Source of the DNA: an uncultured Desulfurococcales archaeon
Lineage (GTDB): Archaea > Thermoproteota > Thermoprotei_A > Sulfolobales > WANQ01
Assembly (NCBI GenBank): GCA_964467535.1
Contig: CAYXRT010000001.1
Coordinates: 86,036 to 150,035, forward strand
Reading direction: 5' to 3'
Length of the DNA: 64,000 bases
Shown here: positions 48,827 through 58,709 of the stretch, piece by piece
Numbering within the stretch: the stretch's first letter is position 1
How the letters are laid out: every line of letters starts with the position of its first letter
The notes under the pieces: generated by a model
Told to the model about the DNA's origin: nothing
What the model saw: only the letters and a program-made list of their open reading frames with translations
The model's database searches: none
Position numbers and translations under genes: made by a program

Positions 48827-49357
48827 ATGATTATTGCTATCAGTGGACCAGCTGGAAGTGGAAAGACTACACATGCCAAGAGGCTCGCCAAAGAGCTTGG
48901 TTTACGTTATTTTTCTGCAGGACAAATCTTTAGACAAATAGCCTCTAAAAGAGGGTTAAGTTTAGAGGAATTAAGTAAAATTGCCGAAAAAGATCCAACA
49001 ATAGACCTAGAAATAGACAGAAGGACGTTAGAAGAGGCATTGAAGGGTAAAGTTGTTTTAGAAGGTCATTTAACTGCTTGGATAGTCAAAGATATTGCTG
49101 ATATAAAAATATATCTTAATGCACCTTTTAAGCTCAGAGTCTTAAGAATAGCTGCTCGAGAAAATAGACCACTAGGAGAAGTTGCTCGAGAAACAATGCT
49201 AAGGGAGTATAGTCAAATAAGGAGATTTATAAAATTCTATGGTATAGATGTAAGGGATCTATCAATATTTGACCTCGTAATAGATACATCTAAGTTAGGT
49301 GTTGATCAAACATATGAAATCATAAGACATTATATTAAATTAAAGTTAAATGTTTAA
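48827..49357 (+). CDS. cmk: Cytidylate kinase (archaeal)
   Basis: [26 protein letters not shown]. An alternative TTG start lies at 48818. Confidence 0.85.
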   Translation: MIIAISGPAGSGKTTHAKRLAKELGLRYFSAGQIFRQIASKRGLSLEELSKIAEKDPTIDLEIDRRTLEEALKGKVVLEGHLTAWIVKDIADIKIYLNAPFKLRVLRIAARENRPLGEVARETMLREYSQIRRFIKFYGIDVRDLSIFDLVIDTSKLGVDQTYEIIRHYIKLKLNV

Positions 49358-49434
49358 TTAGACATAAAGCTTATCTATACACACCTACATGGTTAAGAGG
49401 GGTAAAGCTAAGAGGAAGACTTGAGGGCTCCAAT

Positions 49435-49725
49435 ATGCCTGCAATAGAAGTAGGAAGAATATGTGTTAAAATAGCCGGAAGAGAAGCAGGCAGAAAATGC
49501 GTAATAGTTGATATAATTGATGAAAACTTTGTATTGGTAACAGGGCCTAAGGATATTAGCGGAGTTAAGAGAAGAAGATGTAATATTAAGCATCTAGAGC
49601 CCTTAGACAAGAAAATAGATATACCGAAAGGAGCATCTGATGAGGAGGTTAAGAAAGCATTAGAAAGTGCGGGATTATTAGATTTTATGAAGGAGAGAAT
49701 AAAGCCAAAGATATCAGTAATATAA
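49435..49725 (+). CDS. rpl14e: 50S ribosomal protein L14e
   Basis: [26 protein letters not shown] (KOW-like). Confidence 0.88.
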   Translation: MPAIEVGRICVKIAGREAGRKCVIVDIIDENFVLVTGPKDISGVKRRRCNIKHLEPLDKKIDIPKGASDEEVKKALESAGLLDFMKERIKPKISVI

Positions 49726-49805
49726 GTCACTACTATATTTAATGTTATTTCAGTAAGCAAGCTATTTTTAATCCTCTAAACCCCATTTCATTTTGGTGCT
49801 GAAGA

Positions 49806-50843
49806 GTGTCGGCTAGAGAGGGTCTAGAATTTATTAAGAAGCTTGATAATTATGGCGAAGTTAAGAGGAAGATGTTAGTAAAAGCTGAAGACGAGACTGA
49901 TCCTAAGTATGGCTATGTACCATACAAAAGACCTATTGATATGTACATTAAGTATGGTGTAATAAACTTAGACAAACCGCCAGGACCCACAAGTCATGAA
50001 GTCGTTGCTTGGGTCAAGAAGTTATTAGATTTAAGAAAAGCCGGTCATGGTGGTACACTTGATCCAAAAGTCACAGGAGTTCTACCCATAGCATTAGAGA
50101 ATGTAACTAAAATCATAGGAAACGTAGTTCATTCAGGTAAGGAGTATATTTGTGTTATGCAACTTCATTCACCAGTACCAGAGGATAAGCTAAGAAAGAT
50201 ATTAAGTGAATTCACAGGCCAAATATACCAAAGACCCCCGCTAAGATCATCAGTTAAAAGAACGTTAAGAATAAGAACTATACATTATGTAGAGCTACTG
50301 GAATATAATGGTAAATATGCTCTGTTAAGAATAGGATGTGAAGCTGGTACATACATCAGGAAGTATTGTCATGATATTGGTGAGGTCTTGGGTGTCGGAG
50401 CTCATATGAAGGAGCTTAGAAGAACGAGAACAGGGCCATTCAAAGAGGATGAAACGCTGGTAACTATGCAAGAATTATCTGAAGCCGTATATGTATACAG
50501 AGAAGAAGGTAGGGAAGATCTCTTAAGGAAGGTTATATTACCAGGCGAATATGCAATATCTCATTTACCAAAAATCATAATACGGGATTCCGCAGTTGAC
50601 GCTATAGCTCATGGTGCAGACCTTGCCGTACCAGGAATACTGTTACTACATGAAGGAATAAAGAGAAATGACTTAGTAGCTATTATGACTTTAAAAGGCG
50701 AATTAGTTGCTTTAGGTAGAGCACAAATGACAACCGAGGAAGTTCTTCAAGCACAAAAGGGGATTGCCATAAAGACTATTAGAGTAATTATGCCTATAGG
50801 AGTATATCCTAAGCTATGGAAAAGAAAAGGAGAAAGAACATGA
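49806..50843 (+). CDS. cbf5: H/ACA RNP pseudouridine synthase Cbf5 (TruB plus PUA); uninterrupted (no mRNA intron)
   Basis: GVINLDKPPGPTSHEVV, GHGGTLDPKVTGVLP (catalytic Asp) and a C-terminal PUA domain. The start could be GTG 49806 or Met 49869. Confidence 0.9.
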   Translation: MSAREGLEFIKKLDNYGEVKRKMLVKAEDETDPKYGYVPYKRPIDMYIKYGVINLDKPPGPTSHEVVAWVKKLLDLRKAGHGGTLDPKVTGVLPIALENVTKIIGNVVHSGKEYICVMQLHSPVPEDKLRKILSEFTGQIYQRPPLRSSVKRTLRIRTIHYVELLEYNGKYALLRIGCEAGTYIRKYCHDIGEVLGVGAHMKELRRTRTGPFKEDETLVTMQELSEAVYVYREEGREDLLRKVILPGEYAISHLPKIIIRDSAVDAIAHGADLAVPGILLLHEGIKRNDLVAIMTLKGELVALGRAQMTTEEVLQAQKGIAIKTIRVIMPIGVYPKLWKRKGERT

Positions 50844-51439
50844 TACACTATTATGCAGAAAAACCTCCATCAAAACCTCATGCTAGAAAAATTATTTCAG
50901 ACTTCATCAGAGGTGTTTCGGTTGAGTTTATTGTAGAACCACCTGTATTCTCCGTCAACCGAATAGATCCCGGATCCAAATTATTAATCGAAGTAGCACA
51001 AATACCCTCAAATGCCATAATATTGGATATGGGCTGCGGCTACGGAGTTATTGGAATAACCCTTGCAAAAGTATTTCCAGACATAAAGGTATACATGGTT
51101 GATATAAATAGGAAAGCTGTAGAACTATCAAAAATAAATGCTAAAATTAATGGCGTTCAAGATAGAATAATAGTACTACAAGGAAACTTATATGAACCCG
51201 TAAAGGATGTGAAGTTCGATGTAATATTGTCGAATCCTCCTATAACAGCGGGATTTAGTATAGTTGAAAAACTCATTAAGGAATCTTTTAAATACCTTAA
51301 ACCTAAAGGTTCTATGCAACTAGTTGTGAAAAAAGGAATCGATAGAGTAAGAAGGATGTTAATGAATATCTATGGCAATATTGAAATACTGGCAAGTAAG
51401 AAAGGATACAAGGTGTTAAAGAGCATAAAACAAGCTTAA
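50840..51439 (+). CDS. Class I SAM-dependent methyltransferase (RsmC/RlmG small-domain type)
   Basis: ILDMGCGYGVIG (motif I) and ILSNPP (NPPx motif IV). Confidence 0.7.
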   Translation: MIHYYAEKPPSKPHARKIISDFIRGVSVEFIVEPPVFSVNRIDPGSKLLIEVAQIPSNAIILDMGCGYGVIGITLAKVFPDIKVYMVDINRKAVELSKINAKINGVQDRIIVLQGNLYEPVKDVKFDVILSNPPITAGFSIVEKLIKESFKYLKPKGSMQLVVKKGIDRVRRMLMNIYGNIEILASKKGYKVLKSIKQA

Positions 51440-51472
51440 AACCCCACACGAATATCAAATAAATAGGACTGT

Positions 51473-51572
51473 GCCGGGGTGCCCGAGCGGACTAAGGGGC
51501 CGGCCTGGAGACTACCTGGAAAGCCGGTGGGGCGCACGCCCCGCGCGGGTTCAAATCCCGCCCCCGGCGCCA
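51473..51572 (+). tRNA. tRNA-Ser(GGA) with an 11-nt intron at canonical position 37/38 (51511-51521); CCA encoded
   Basis: Acceptor GCCGGGG/CCCCGGC, anticodon stem CCGGC/GCCGG, loop CUGGAG|A, long variable arm UGGGGCGCACGCCCCGC and T-arm GCGGG-UUCAAAU-CCCGC. A GC-rich island in AT-rich DNA. Confidence 0.88.
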
Positions 51573-51626
51573 ATCAATAAAAAATCAGGGATGGAATTCT
51601 GCCTACTTCTAATGCTTCTGAGAATA

Positions 51627-51977
51627 TTATCTGGTCTTTGCGCAAAATAGAACATATTTAAGAACTTTATTACTATTGTTCAAAACTCCATGGGGTGTAT
51701 GCATAGGTATAAACACGGCATGACCCGCCTTGACATGGTAGCTTTTATCTCCTAGTCTTATAATCCCTTCTCCTTCTAAAATTAAGTAAGCTTGCTCTTC
51801 ATCATCATGTGAATGTAAAGGAACTTTCTCACCTGGAGGAACCTCAACTATTCTCATTATGAGGAACTTAGCTCCAGTGCTTTCATCGAAAATAAATCTA
51901 TACATAACATTATTAATGACTTTTACGGGTATTTTAGATATGTTAATAACATATTCCTTCAAGGACATGATTATCAT
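51627..51977 (-). CDS. Cupin-domain protein
   Basis: PLHSHDDEEQAYLILEGEG...GHAVFIP..TPHG matches cupin motifs 1 and 2. Confidence 0.7.
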   Translation of the reverse strand: MIIMSLKEYVINISKIPVKVINNVMYRFIFDESTGAKFLIMRIVEVPPGEKVPLHSHDDEEQAYLILEGEGIIRLGDKSYHVKAGHAVFIPMHTPHGVLNNSNKVLKYVLFCAKTR

Positions 51978-52015
51978 CTACAGATTCTATTCCTTGGGGA
52001 GCTTTATATGCTGAT

Positions 52016-52777
52016 CTATCGAGACTTAAATTCGTTAGAGAAAGTTATGAAATCTCTAAGTTCATCTAAGCTTAGTTTAACGATGATAGAATTATTATTT
52101 AAACTTTGGACGATACTTACAGGGAATTTTAGGAATCCTTTCTCCTCGTAGACCCTAGCTAACCATGAAGGTACTTTATAATATCCAGGTGACCTTAATG
52201 TTAGCGCTACTATCTTCATAGATTTATTGTCCACTTCAAAATCATTTATAATTCCTAAGAGTCTATTGTTCATGTCGAAAACTTTCTTCTTGTAGATGTA
52301 CTTTAAGGAAAGCTCCGGAGTATAGATGTATTGTACTTCAAGTATTAGTACAGGTAAGTACATTAGAGTGACTACTCCAGTCCATAGTAGTATTTGTCCA
52401 TATATTGTGAAGAAGTAAATTATGCCTAAATATAATAGTAAACTAATTAAAGGTATGAACATTATTAATGCTAATATGTCACGTTCCCTCATAGCCTTTT
52501 CTAAGCTTCTTAAACGTTTGTATCTTAGACTCCTAATAGCTTTATCCAGATATTCCTTAACCACTCTGAGTCTAGGAGCGTGTTCTATATGTACCAAAAG
52601 ATCTGCTGGAACTATCCTTCTTAATAATCCTATTTTGAGTAAATTTACGTAAAGTCCTACGGTTACTATGTATTTAAGTTCATAGTTCTGAGAATCAAAG
52701 AGTATATCGTAAATTCTCCCAATAGGCCTACCAACAGCATCGATTAATACTTGCCCTATGAGCCTAGACGCTAGCAT
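52016..52777 (-). CDS. Membrane protein with PRC-barrel-like domains flanking a TM segment pair
   Basis: LIGQVLIDAVGRPIGRIYDILFD and LLGIINDFEVD resemble PRC-barrel strands. Central hydrophobic helices. Confidence 0.4.
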   Translation of the reverse strand: MLASRLIGQVLIDAVGRPIGRIYDILFDSQNYELKYIVTVGLYVNLLKIGLLRRIVPADLLVHIEHAPRLRVVKEYLDKAIRSLRYKRLRSLEKAMRERDILALIMFIPLISLLLYLGIIYFFTIYGQILLWTGVVTLMYLPVLILEVQYIYTPELSLKYIYKKKVFDMNNRLLGIINDFEVDNKSMKIVALTLRSPGYYKVPSWLARVYEEKGFLKFPVSIVQSLNNNSIIVKLSLDELRDFITFSNEFKSR

Positions 52778-52837
52778 CGCATAGACCCTGATAAGTATTT
52801 CTCTATGTAGCGATATAATTTTATTTTCTTAAATAAC

Positions 52838-53593
52838 GTGTTACTTAACTGTGGTAGCTTGATCATCGATTTTCATGTTGAAGTGGGTTATAATATCTAT
52901 CATGATGTTTGTTTAAATGTAGAAGACCTAATAAACGAAATGAAACGTTATAATATAAGTTATGCCGTTATAACACCTGCTTATGGTGTTTCTTATATAT
53001 GTGAGTTTATTAGAGCAAATAGGGAAATAATTAACATCACTAATAAGTATAAAAACTTAATAGGATTTGCTGTAGTCAATCCATGGGTCAATGAACATGC
53101 CATTAATGAACTTAAAGAGGTATTGAGTAAATATAAATTGAGGGGAGTTAAGCTTAATCCTTACCTGCAAGGTTTCAGTATTAATCATCCAATAGTTTAT
53201 CCTATTGCCGAGTGCATTGTTAAGTATAAGGTACCACTATATATACCATCAGGATATCATCCACAAACTCCTCTTGAAATCGCTGACTTAGCTGATGTAT
53301 TCCCTGAGCTTATCGTAGTTATGGGATTTGCAGGTTTTAGTGATTTTTGGATGGAGGTAATACCTGCCATGAGAAAACGTGATAATATATATGCGGACAT
53401 TTCATGTCAAACTAATATAAAGTCACTTAAGAAGGCAATAGAGTATGTAGGAAGTGACAGATTCTTATTTGCATCAAGCTTACCTTATTCAAGTCCTAAG
53501 TTAGAACTTGAAAAGATGAAGCTATTAGACTTGAAAGAAGAAGATAGAGAAGCGATTTTGTGGAAAAATGCGAAGAGACTACTTAGACTATAA
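52838..53593 (+). CDS. Amidohydrolase-2 (TIM-barrel metal-dependent hydrolase) family protein, variant N-terminal metal motif
   Basis: Paralogue of the next gene. N-terminus (L/M)IIDFHVEVG where the partner has IIDVHAHL. The start is probably TTG 52859. Confidence 0.6.
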   Translation: MLLNCGSLIIDFHVEVGYNIYHDVCLNVEDLINEMKRYNISYAVITPAYGVSYICEFIRANREIINITNKYKNLIGFAVVNPWVNEHAINELKEVLSKYKLRGVKLNPYLQGFSINHPIVYPIAECIVKYKVPLYIPSGYHPQTPLEIADLADVFPELIVVMGFAGFSDFWMEVIPAMRKRDNIYADISCQTNIKSLKKAIEYVGSDRFLFASSLPYSSPKLELEKMKLLDLKEEDREAILWKNAKRLLRL

Positions 53594-53604
53594 CGGGTAA
53601 GACC

Positions 53605-54348
53605 ATGATTATTGATGTTCATGCACATTTAATAAACTCTTCAAATGGTAATCCTGTGGATGAAATACTAAGTATTGCAGATAAGCTTGGTATAACAATA
53701 GTATTTTTAATGCCTTTTAGAGCACTATTTCGAAGAGAGATTTTCATGGATAATTTAAGGGTTATTGAAGCTTATAGACGACATCCTAAAAGAATAATAC
53801 CTTTTGTTACCGTTGATCCTTGGTTAGGTGAAGAAGCTGTTAAACAGCTCAAGATGTTCATAGCACTTGGTGCTAAAGGATTAAAACTTCATCCCTTAAC
53901 GCAGGGGCTTCCTGCACATAGTGAAATCTTATATCCATTAATAGAGATTGCAGAGAAAGAGAAGATATTAATACTATTCCATACAGGATCTCCTATATAT
54001 GCTCAACCTTTACAGATCTTGGAATTGGCAAGTATTTATACTAAAGCAAAGTTTATCTTAGCCCATATGGGGCTTGGAAAACTTTGGTATGATGCTATTA
54101 GGGCTGCTAAGAAAGCTGATAACATTTATTTGGATACTGCTGGTCAAAGATATATACCTGTGATAAGACTAGCAGTTAAGGAGATAGGATCTACTAAGAT
54201 TCTCTTTGGCTCTGATATGCCCTTCCTATCGCCAGAAATCGAACTGGAGAAAATATTCCAATGTAGATTTCCACAGAATATTCTAGAAGATATACTATAT
54301 AAAAATGCGCTTTTACTTATAAAGAGCATGAGACGCCCACAAATATGA
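53605..54348 (+). CDS. Amidohydrolase-2 family metal-dependent hydrolase
   Basis: MIIDVHAHL (HxH), GLKLHP, AHMG and FGSDMPF are typical of PF04909-type enzymes. Confidence 0.7.
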   Translation: MIIDVHAHLINSSNGNPVDEILSIADKLGITIVFLMPFRALFRREIFMDNLRVIEAYRRHPKRIIPFVTVDPWLGEEAVKQLKMFIALGAKGLKLHPLTQGLPAHSEILYPLIEIAEKEKILILFHTGSPIYAQPLQILELASIYTKAKFILAHMGLGKLWYDAIRAAKKADNIYLDTAGQRYIPVIRLAVKEIGSTKILFGSDMPFLSPEIELEKIFQCRFPQNILEDILYKNALLLIKSMRRPQI

Positions 54349-54401
54349 TATGTAGGATAAAGTTTATTTATGATTGACGTTAAAGTCTTATGTAGTCAAG
54401 G

Positions 54402-55868
54402 GTGACTTGTATGGCTATGACACCTATAGATTACGTGGTTTTAGTCTTATATTCCATAATTGTTGTAGGAATTGGTGTATGGGCTTTAAGAAAAACTAAA
54501 TCGACAGCTGATTACTTCGCTGGAGGTTGGAAGATACCTTGGTGGTTAGCGGCAATATCGCACCATATGTCTGGTTATAGCGCCTTTGCCTTTGTAGCCT
54601 ATGCTGGAGTTGCGTGGAAATATGGCTTCACTATTTATACTATTTGGGCTTTAACTATAGGTATAGGATTAATAATAACAGCATTTACATTTGCACCACG
54701 ATGGGCTAAACTTGCCAAGAAAGCCATAATGACTCCTCTAGAATATTTAGAGGAGAGATTTAATCTACCAACTCGTATAGTTCTTGCTCTCTCAGGTATA
54801 GGTATAAAGTTTGTTGATGAAGGTTTGAAGATATATTCATTAGCCGTTTTCCTATCAGTATTTATAGGGATAGACCTTGTCCATAGCATTATCATAGGAG
54901 GCGTGATAGTACTCATCTACATGACTATGGGCGGCATACTTGCATCGCTATGGACAGACTTCATCCAAGCTATAGTTCAGTTCTCTATCACCATAGTTAC
55001 ACTGGGTGTAGCTCTTTCAATTGTAGGTGGTATTCCAGGATTAATATCTAAAGCACCACCTGGCTTCTGGCAACCCCTAAGCGGTGCGTATACACCATTT
55101 TGGTGGTTTATATTCTTAATAGTAGTTACATTAAGCTATGCTGGAGGTACATGGGGGCTTGCTCAGAGGTTTATATCAGTAGGAGACCCTAAAGCAGCTA
55201 GAAAAGCTGCACTATTCTCATCTATACTATACTTTACATATCCATTATCATTCTTCATACCTATGTGGGCAACTAGAATAATATATCCAAAACTTGACAA
55301 CCCAGAATATGCCTACGCGCTATTATGTAGAGACTACTTACCTAAAGTAGCACCAGGCCTTCTAGGTCTAATGGCGGCAGCGATGTTTGCTGCAACAATG
55401 TCCATGGTCGACTCAGATCTTAATGCCTTAGCAGCTGTCCTTACAAAGGATGTTTACGGCAGATTAAGAAGAGGTGTTACAGATAAACATTTACTTGCCG
55501 TGGGCAGAATCGCCACATTCATCTTTGGTGCAATAACTGTTGCTGTAGCTCTTGCAGCACCCCAATTAGGTGGCGCCTTTAAAGCCATGGTTAAATGGTA
55601 CGCAGGCCTACTAGGTCCAATAAGTATACCCTTACTCTTTGGATTAATATACAAGAAGACTTCTTGGAGAGGCGCTATAGCTTCATGGGCAGGAGGATTC
55701 ATAGTATGGGCTATATTGAACTTTGGCTTACAAACACCTTGGGAAATCACTACCGGGTGCCAGCTACTCACATCATTTGTAATATTCTTTATAGAGGGAT
55801 TAGTAGTAAAGAAGACACCAGAAGAAGAAAAGAAGATAGAGGAACTATTCAAAGTATTAGAAGCGTAA
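54402..55868 (+). CDS. Sodium:solute symporter family (SSF) transporter
   Basis: About 13 TM segments. ADYFAGGWKIPWW near the N-terminus is typical of SSF. Confidence 0.75.
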   Translation: MTCMAMTPIDYVVLVLYSIIVVGIGVWALRKTKSTADYFAGGWKIPWWLAAISHHMSGYSAFAFVAYAGVAWKYGFTIYTIWALTIGIGLIITAFTFAPRWAKLAKKAIMTPLEYLEERFNLPTRIVLALSGIGIKFVDEGLKIYSLAVFLSVFIGIDLVHSIIIGGVIVLIYMTMGGILASLWTDFIQAIVQFSITIVTLGVALSIVGGIPGLISKAPPGFWQPLSGAYTPFWWFIFLIVVTLSYAGGTWGLAQRFISVGDPKAARKAALFSSILYFTYPLSFFIPMWATRIIYPKLDNPEYAYALLCRDYLPKVAPGLLGLMAAAMFAATMSMVDSDLNALAAVLTKDVYGRLRRGVTDKHLLAVGRIATFIFGAITVAVALAAPQLGGAFKAMVKWYAGLLGPISIPLLFGLIYKKTSWRGAIASWAGGFIVWAILNFGLQTPWEITTGCQLLTSFVIFFIEGLVVKKTPEEEKKIEELFKVLEA

Positions 55869-55992
55869 CTCTTTTTCATCCTATATAACTTTTTTGCAAA
55901 TTCAAGTAGCTTGTAATATTATCTATCATCCAACATTTCATTCTATTAAATAAAATGACTTTTTGAAATTCATTATAATAGAGAAGTTATTA

Positions 55993-56952
55993 TTAGAGCC
56001 TTCCATGACATGGTTCTATTTTTGCCCCTATCCTCTCTATGTCCAATAACTTGATTTCGTATTCATTAAGTATATTGCCTACAATCTTTTTTACTCTTTC
56101 TAAAAAACTACCAACATCGTCCTTTTTAATAATTGCAAAAGTTGCAGGTCCTGCTCCAGCAATATTAAATCCTAGAGCTCCAGCATCTAGACAAGCCTTC
56201 TTTAGATCCCAGTATCTAGGTATGAACCTAGATCTTGCTTCTTCGATGGGTCCACCAATACTAATAGCCTCTCCGAAAGCTTTTAGATCATCATTATGTA
56301 TTGCATATATGAGTTTTGCTGTAGCGGATACTTGTTTAATGAGATCCTTTAATTCTATATATTTAGGTAAGATCTTCCTCATAACTCCAGTTGAGGGCTT
56401 CTTATACTTTAATGGTATAAAGGCTACAAGCTTAATGTTGTTAATTAGAAACTCAGATATCTTAACTTTGTAAATATGAATCTCTCTTTTAGTTAAATCT
56501 AGTAGGACTAATCCTCCATAGATGCTTGCAGCGACATTATCATAATGTATTGATCCTGCACTAGCTATTTCACCATAGCCGGCGCATGCTACAAGTTCTC
56601 TTAAATTCAGCTTATTGCCTAGCAAGCTATTTAGGGCATAAGCAACTGCAGCTGCTGATGCTCCAGATGAGCCGAAACCTTTTGCAATAGGTACATTCTT
56701 ATATACTTTCACGTAAACTCCTATTTCACCTAATAAAGCATATTTTTCAAGAACAGCTTTAATTGCATAATATGCTGAATTCTTATTTCCGCTTGGAACA
56801 CTAGAACTATTACATTCTACGACTATATCGTTAAACTCCTTAGTTATCTTAACTTCTACGAAATCCCTGGCAATATTAACAGCCATTGCTGCTACATCGA
56901 ATAAGCACCCTAAATTAGCGATACTACCCGGAGCTGATGCTATTACCTTCAT
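55993..56952 (-). CDS. thrB: Homoserine kinase (GHMP kinase)
   Basis: GHMP motif PIAKGFGSSGASAAA. N-terminus SAPGSIANLGCLFD. Confidence 0.8.
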   Translation of the reverse strand: MKVIASAPGSIANLGCLFDVAAMAVNIARDFVEVKITKEFNDIVVECNSSSVPSGNKNSAYYAIKAVLEKYALLGEIGVYVKVYKNVPIAKGFGSSGASAAAVAYALNSLLGNKLNLRELVACAGYGEIASAGSIHYDNVAASIYGGLVLLDLTKREIHIYKVKISEFLINNIKLVAFIPLKYKKPSTGVMRKILPKYIELKDLIKQVSATAKLIYAIHNDDLKAFGEAISIGGPIEEARSRFIPRYWDLKKACLDAGALGFNIAGAGPATFAIIKKDDVGSFLERVKKIVGNILNEYEIKLLDIERIGAKIEPCHGRL

Positions 56953-57051
56953 CTTGAAGCCCTTATCTTCTTAAGGGACTCTATATCTTAAAAAGTTACT
57001 TAAGATACTAGTAGATTCAAGGTAATCATGCACTTGCCCTAGGGTGATGTT

Positions 57052-58200
57052 ATGAATAAAGGTACGAAGGCTATACATGCTTGGAGAGATGTTGATATAA
57101 ATAATATTAAGCCTATAACTATGCCTTTATATAGTTCTATACCCTATGAATTTCCAACAGAGTACAAAATCTATGGCCATGTACTGAAATATTCGAGAGA
57201 GGAAAACCCAAATGCTTATGCCTTTGAATATACTCTTGCTCAATTAGAAAAATGTAGGTTTGGCTTAGCATTTTCTTCAGGTATGTCATCTATATCAACA
57301 TTATTTACTCTGACTAATCTGAAGGGTAAGGTATTGGTAATATGCAAAGAAATTTATGGTTCAACACTAATACTTGCTCGTAAGTTGAAAGATATTGGGC
57401 TAAAAGTTATTGAAGTGCTACCTAGTGAGGAGGATATAATCAGTAACATTAGAAATGAGAGCATAGTATTTATTGAATCCATTACCAACCCTCTATTGAA
57501 AGTTTTTGATTTAGAGGTTATAGGTAAGGCATGTAAGGAATTCAATGCACTACTTGTTGTTGATAATACATTTGCATCGCCTATACTATTAAATCCCATA
57601 GATTATGGCGCAGATATTATAATCCACAGCATTACTAAATACATAGGAGGTTATAATGATGTTCTTGGAGGTGCTATTCTATTAAATGATGAGCCTCTAT
57701 TCAATGAACTACTTGAATTAAGAAAATTGCTAGGTACTATTATTTCACCATATTCAGCGTATTTAGCTTTAAGAAGCATAAAAACATTAAAGATTAGAGT
57801 TTTAAAACATTCCGATAACGCCAAGGTAATTGCTGAATTTCTAGAAGATCATCCTAAGATTGAGGAAGTGTACTATCCAGGGTTGAAGAGTAATCCTAGA
57901 TACAAAATAGCATGTAAGTTATTAAAAGGAGGTTTTGGAGGTGTTGTATCCTTTACCATTAAGGGAACTACGAATGATGCTCTCAATCTTTTGAGTAAAT
58001 TTAAGATCATTAGACCTTCTCCAAGCTTTGGTGGAACAGAATCACTAATAGTTCACCCACTATCAAGTTCTCATAAAGACCTAACGGAAGAGGATAGAAA
58101 ATTACTAGGCATTAAAGGGAACTTACTAAGGTTAAGTGTAGGGCTCGAAGATGTTGAAGATATTATAGAGGATTTGGATACAGCATTATCTACTCTATAA
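57052..58200 (+). CDS. Cys/Met-metabolism PLP-dependent enzyme (cystathionine gamma-synthase/beta-lyase family)
   Basis: PLP-lysine region HSITKYIGG, DNTFASP and the C-terminal LRLSVGLEDVEDI signature. Confidence 0.8.
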   Translation: MNKGTKAIHAWRDVDINNIKPITMPLYSSIPYEFPTEYKIYGHVLKYSREENPNAYAFEYTLAQLEKCRFGLAFSSGMSSISTLFTLTNLKGKVLVICKEIYGSTLILARKLKDIGLKVIEVLPSEEDIISNIRNESIVFIESITNPLLKVFDLEVIGKACKEFNALLVVDNTFASPILLNPIDYGADIIIHSITKYIGGYNDVLGGAILLNDEPLFNELLELRKLLGTIISPYSAYLALRSIKTLKIRVLKHSDNAKVIAEFLEDHPKIEEVYYPGLKSNPRYKIACKLLKGGFGGVVSFTIKGTTNDALNLLSKFKIIRPSPSFGGTESLIVHPLSSSHKDLTEEDRKLLGIKGNLLRLSVGLEDVEDIIEDLDTALSTL

Positions 58201-58274
58201 AAATGTTAGAATAGTAAAACTAAAAATAGTGCTTAAAGCTAATTGTTAAAGTGATGGAATATAGGGAGGGCTTC

Positions 58275-58709
58275 ATGGAGTTTAAGAAATTTGAATTTAA
58301 AGAGCATACTGCTGACGTCCTTATAGTAGCTTATGGGAAAAGTATTGAAGAATTATTTGAAAATGCAGCTATAGCTGTATTTGAGGTCATGACAGATACC
58401 TCCAAAGTAGAACCTAAACTAGAGTATAAAGTTGAAGAGGAAGGCATTGACCTTGAAAGCCTACTCCTTAGATGGCTTGAAACATTTCTTGTATACTACG
58501 ACTCTGATAATGTTGTTTTCAGTAAGTTTAAAGTTGATAAAATTTGGTGTAGGGACGAGGAATGCTATATTAAAGGTAAGGGCTGGGGAGAGCATTTTAA
58601 TGAAGAAAAACATGAAAAAAGAACGATAGTTAAAGCAATAACTTATGCTGAAATGAAGATAGAGAAGAAGGATAATATATGGACTGCTACATTCGTAGTA
58701 GATATATAA
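58275..58709 (+). CDS. Archease
   Basis: FEFKEHTADVLIVAYGKS...VKAITYAEMKI. AGGGAGGG precedes ATG 58275. Confidence 0.8.
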   Translation: MEFKKFEFKEHTADVLIVAYGKSIEELFENAAIAVFEVMTDTSKVEPKLEYKVEEEGIDLESLLLRWLETFLVYYDSDNVVFSKFKVDKIWCRDEECYIKGKGWGEHFNEEKHEKRTIVKAITYAEMKIEKKDNIWTATFVVDI

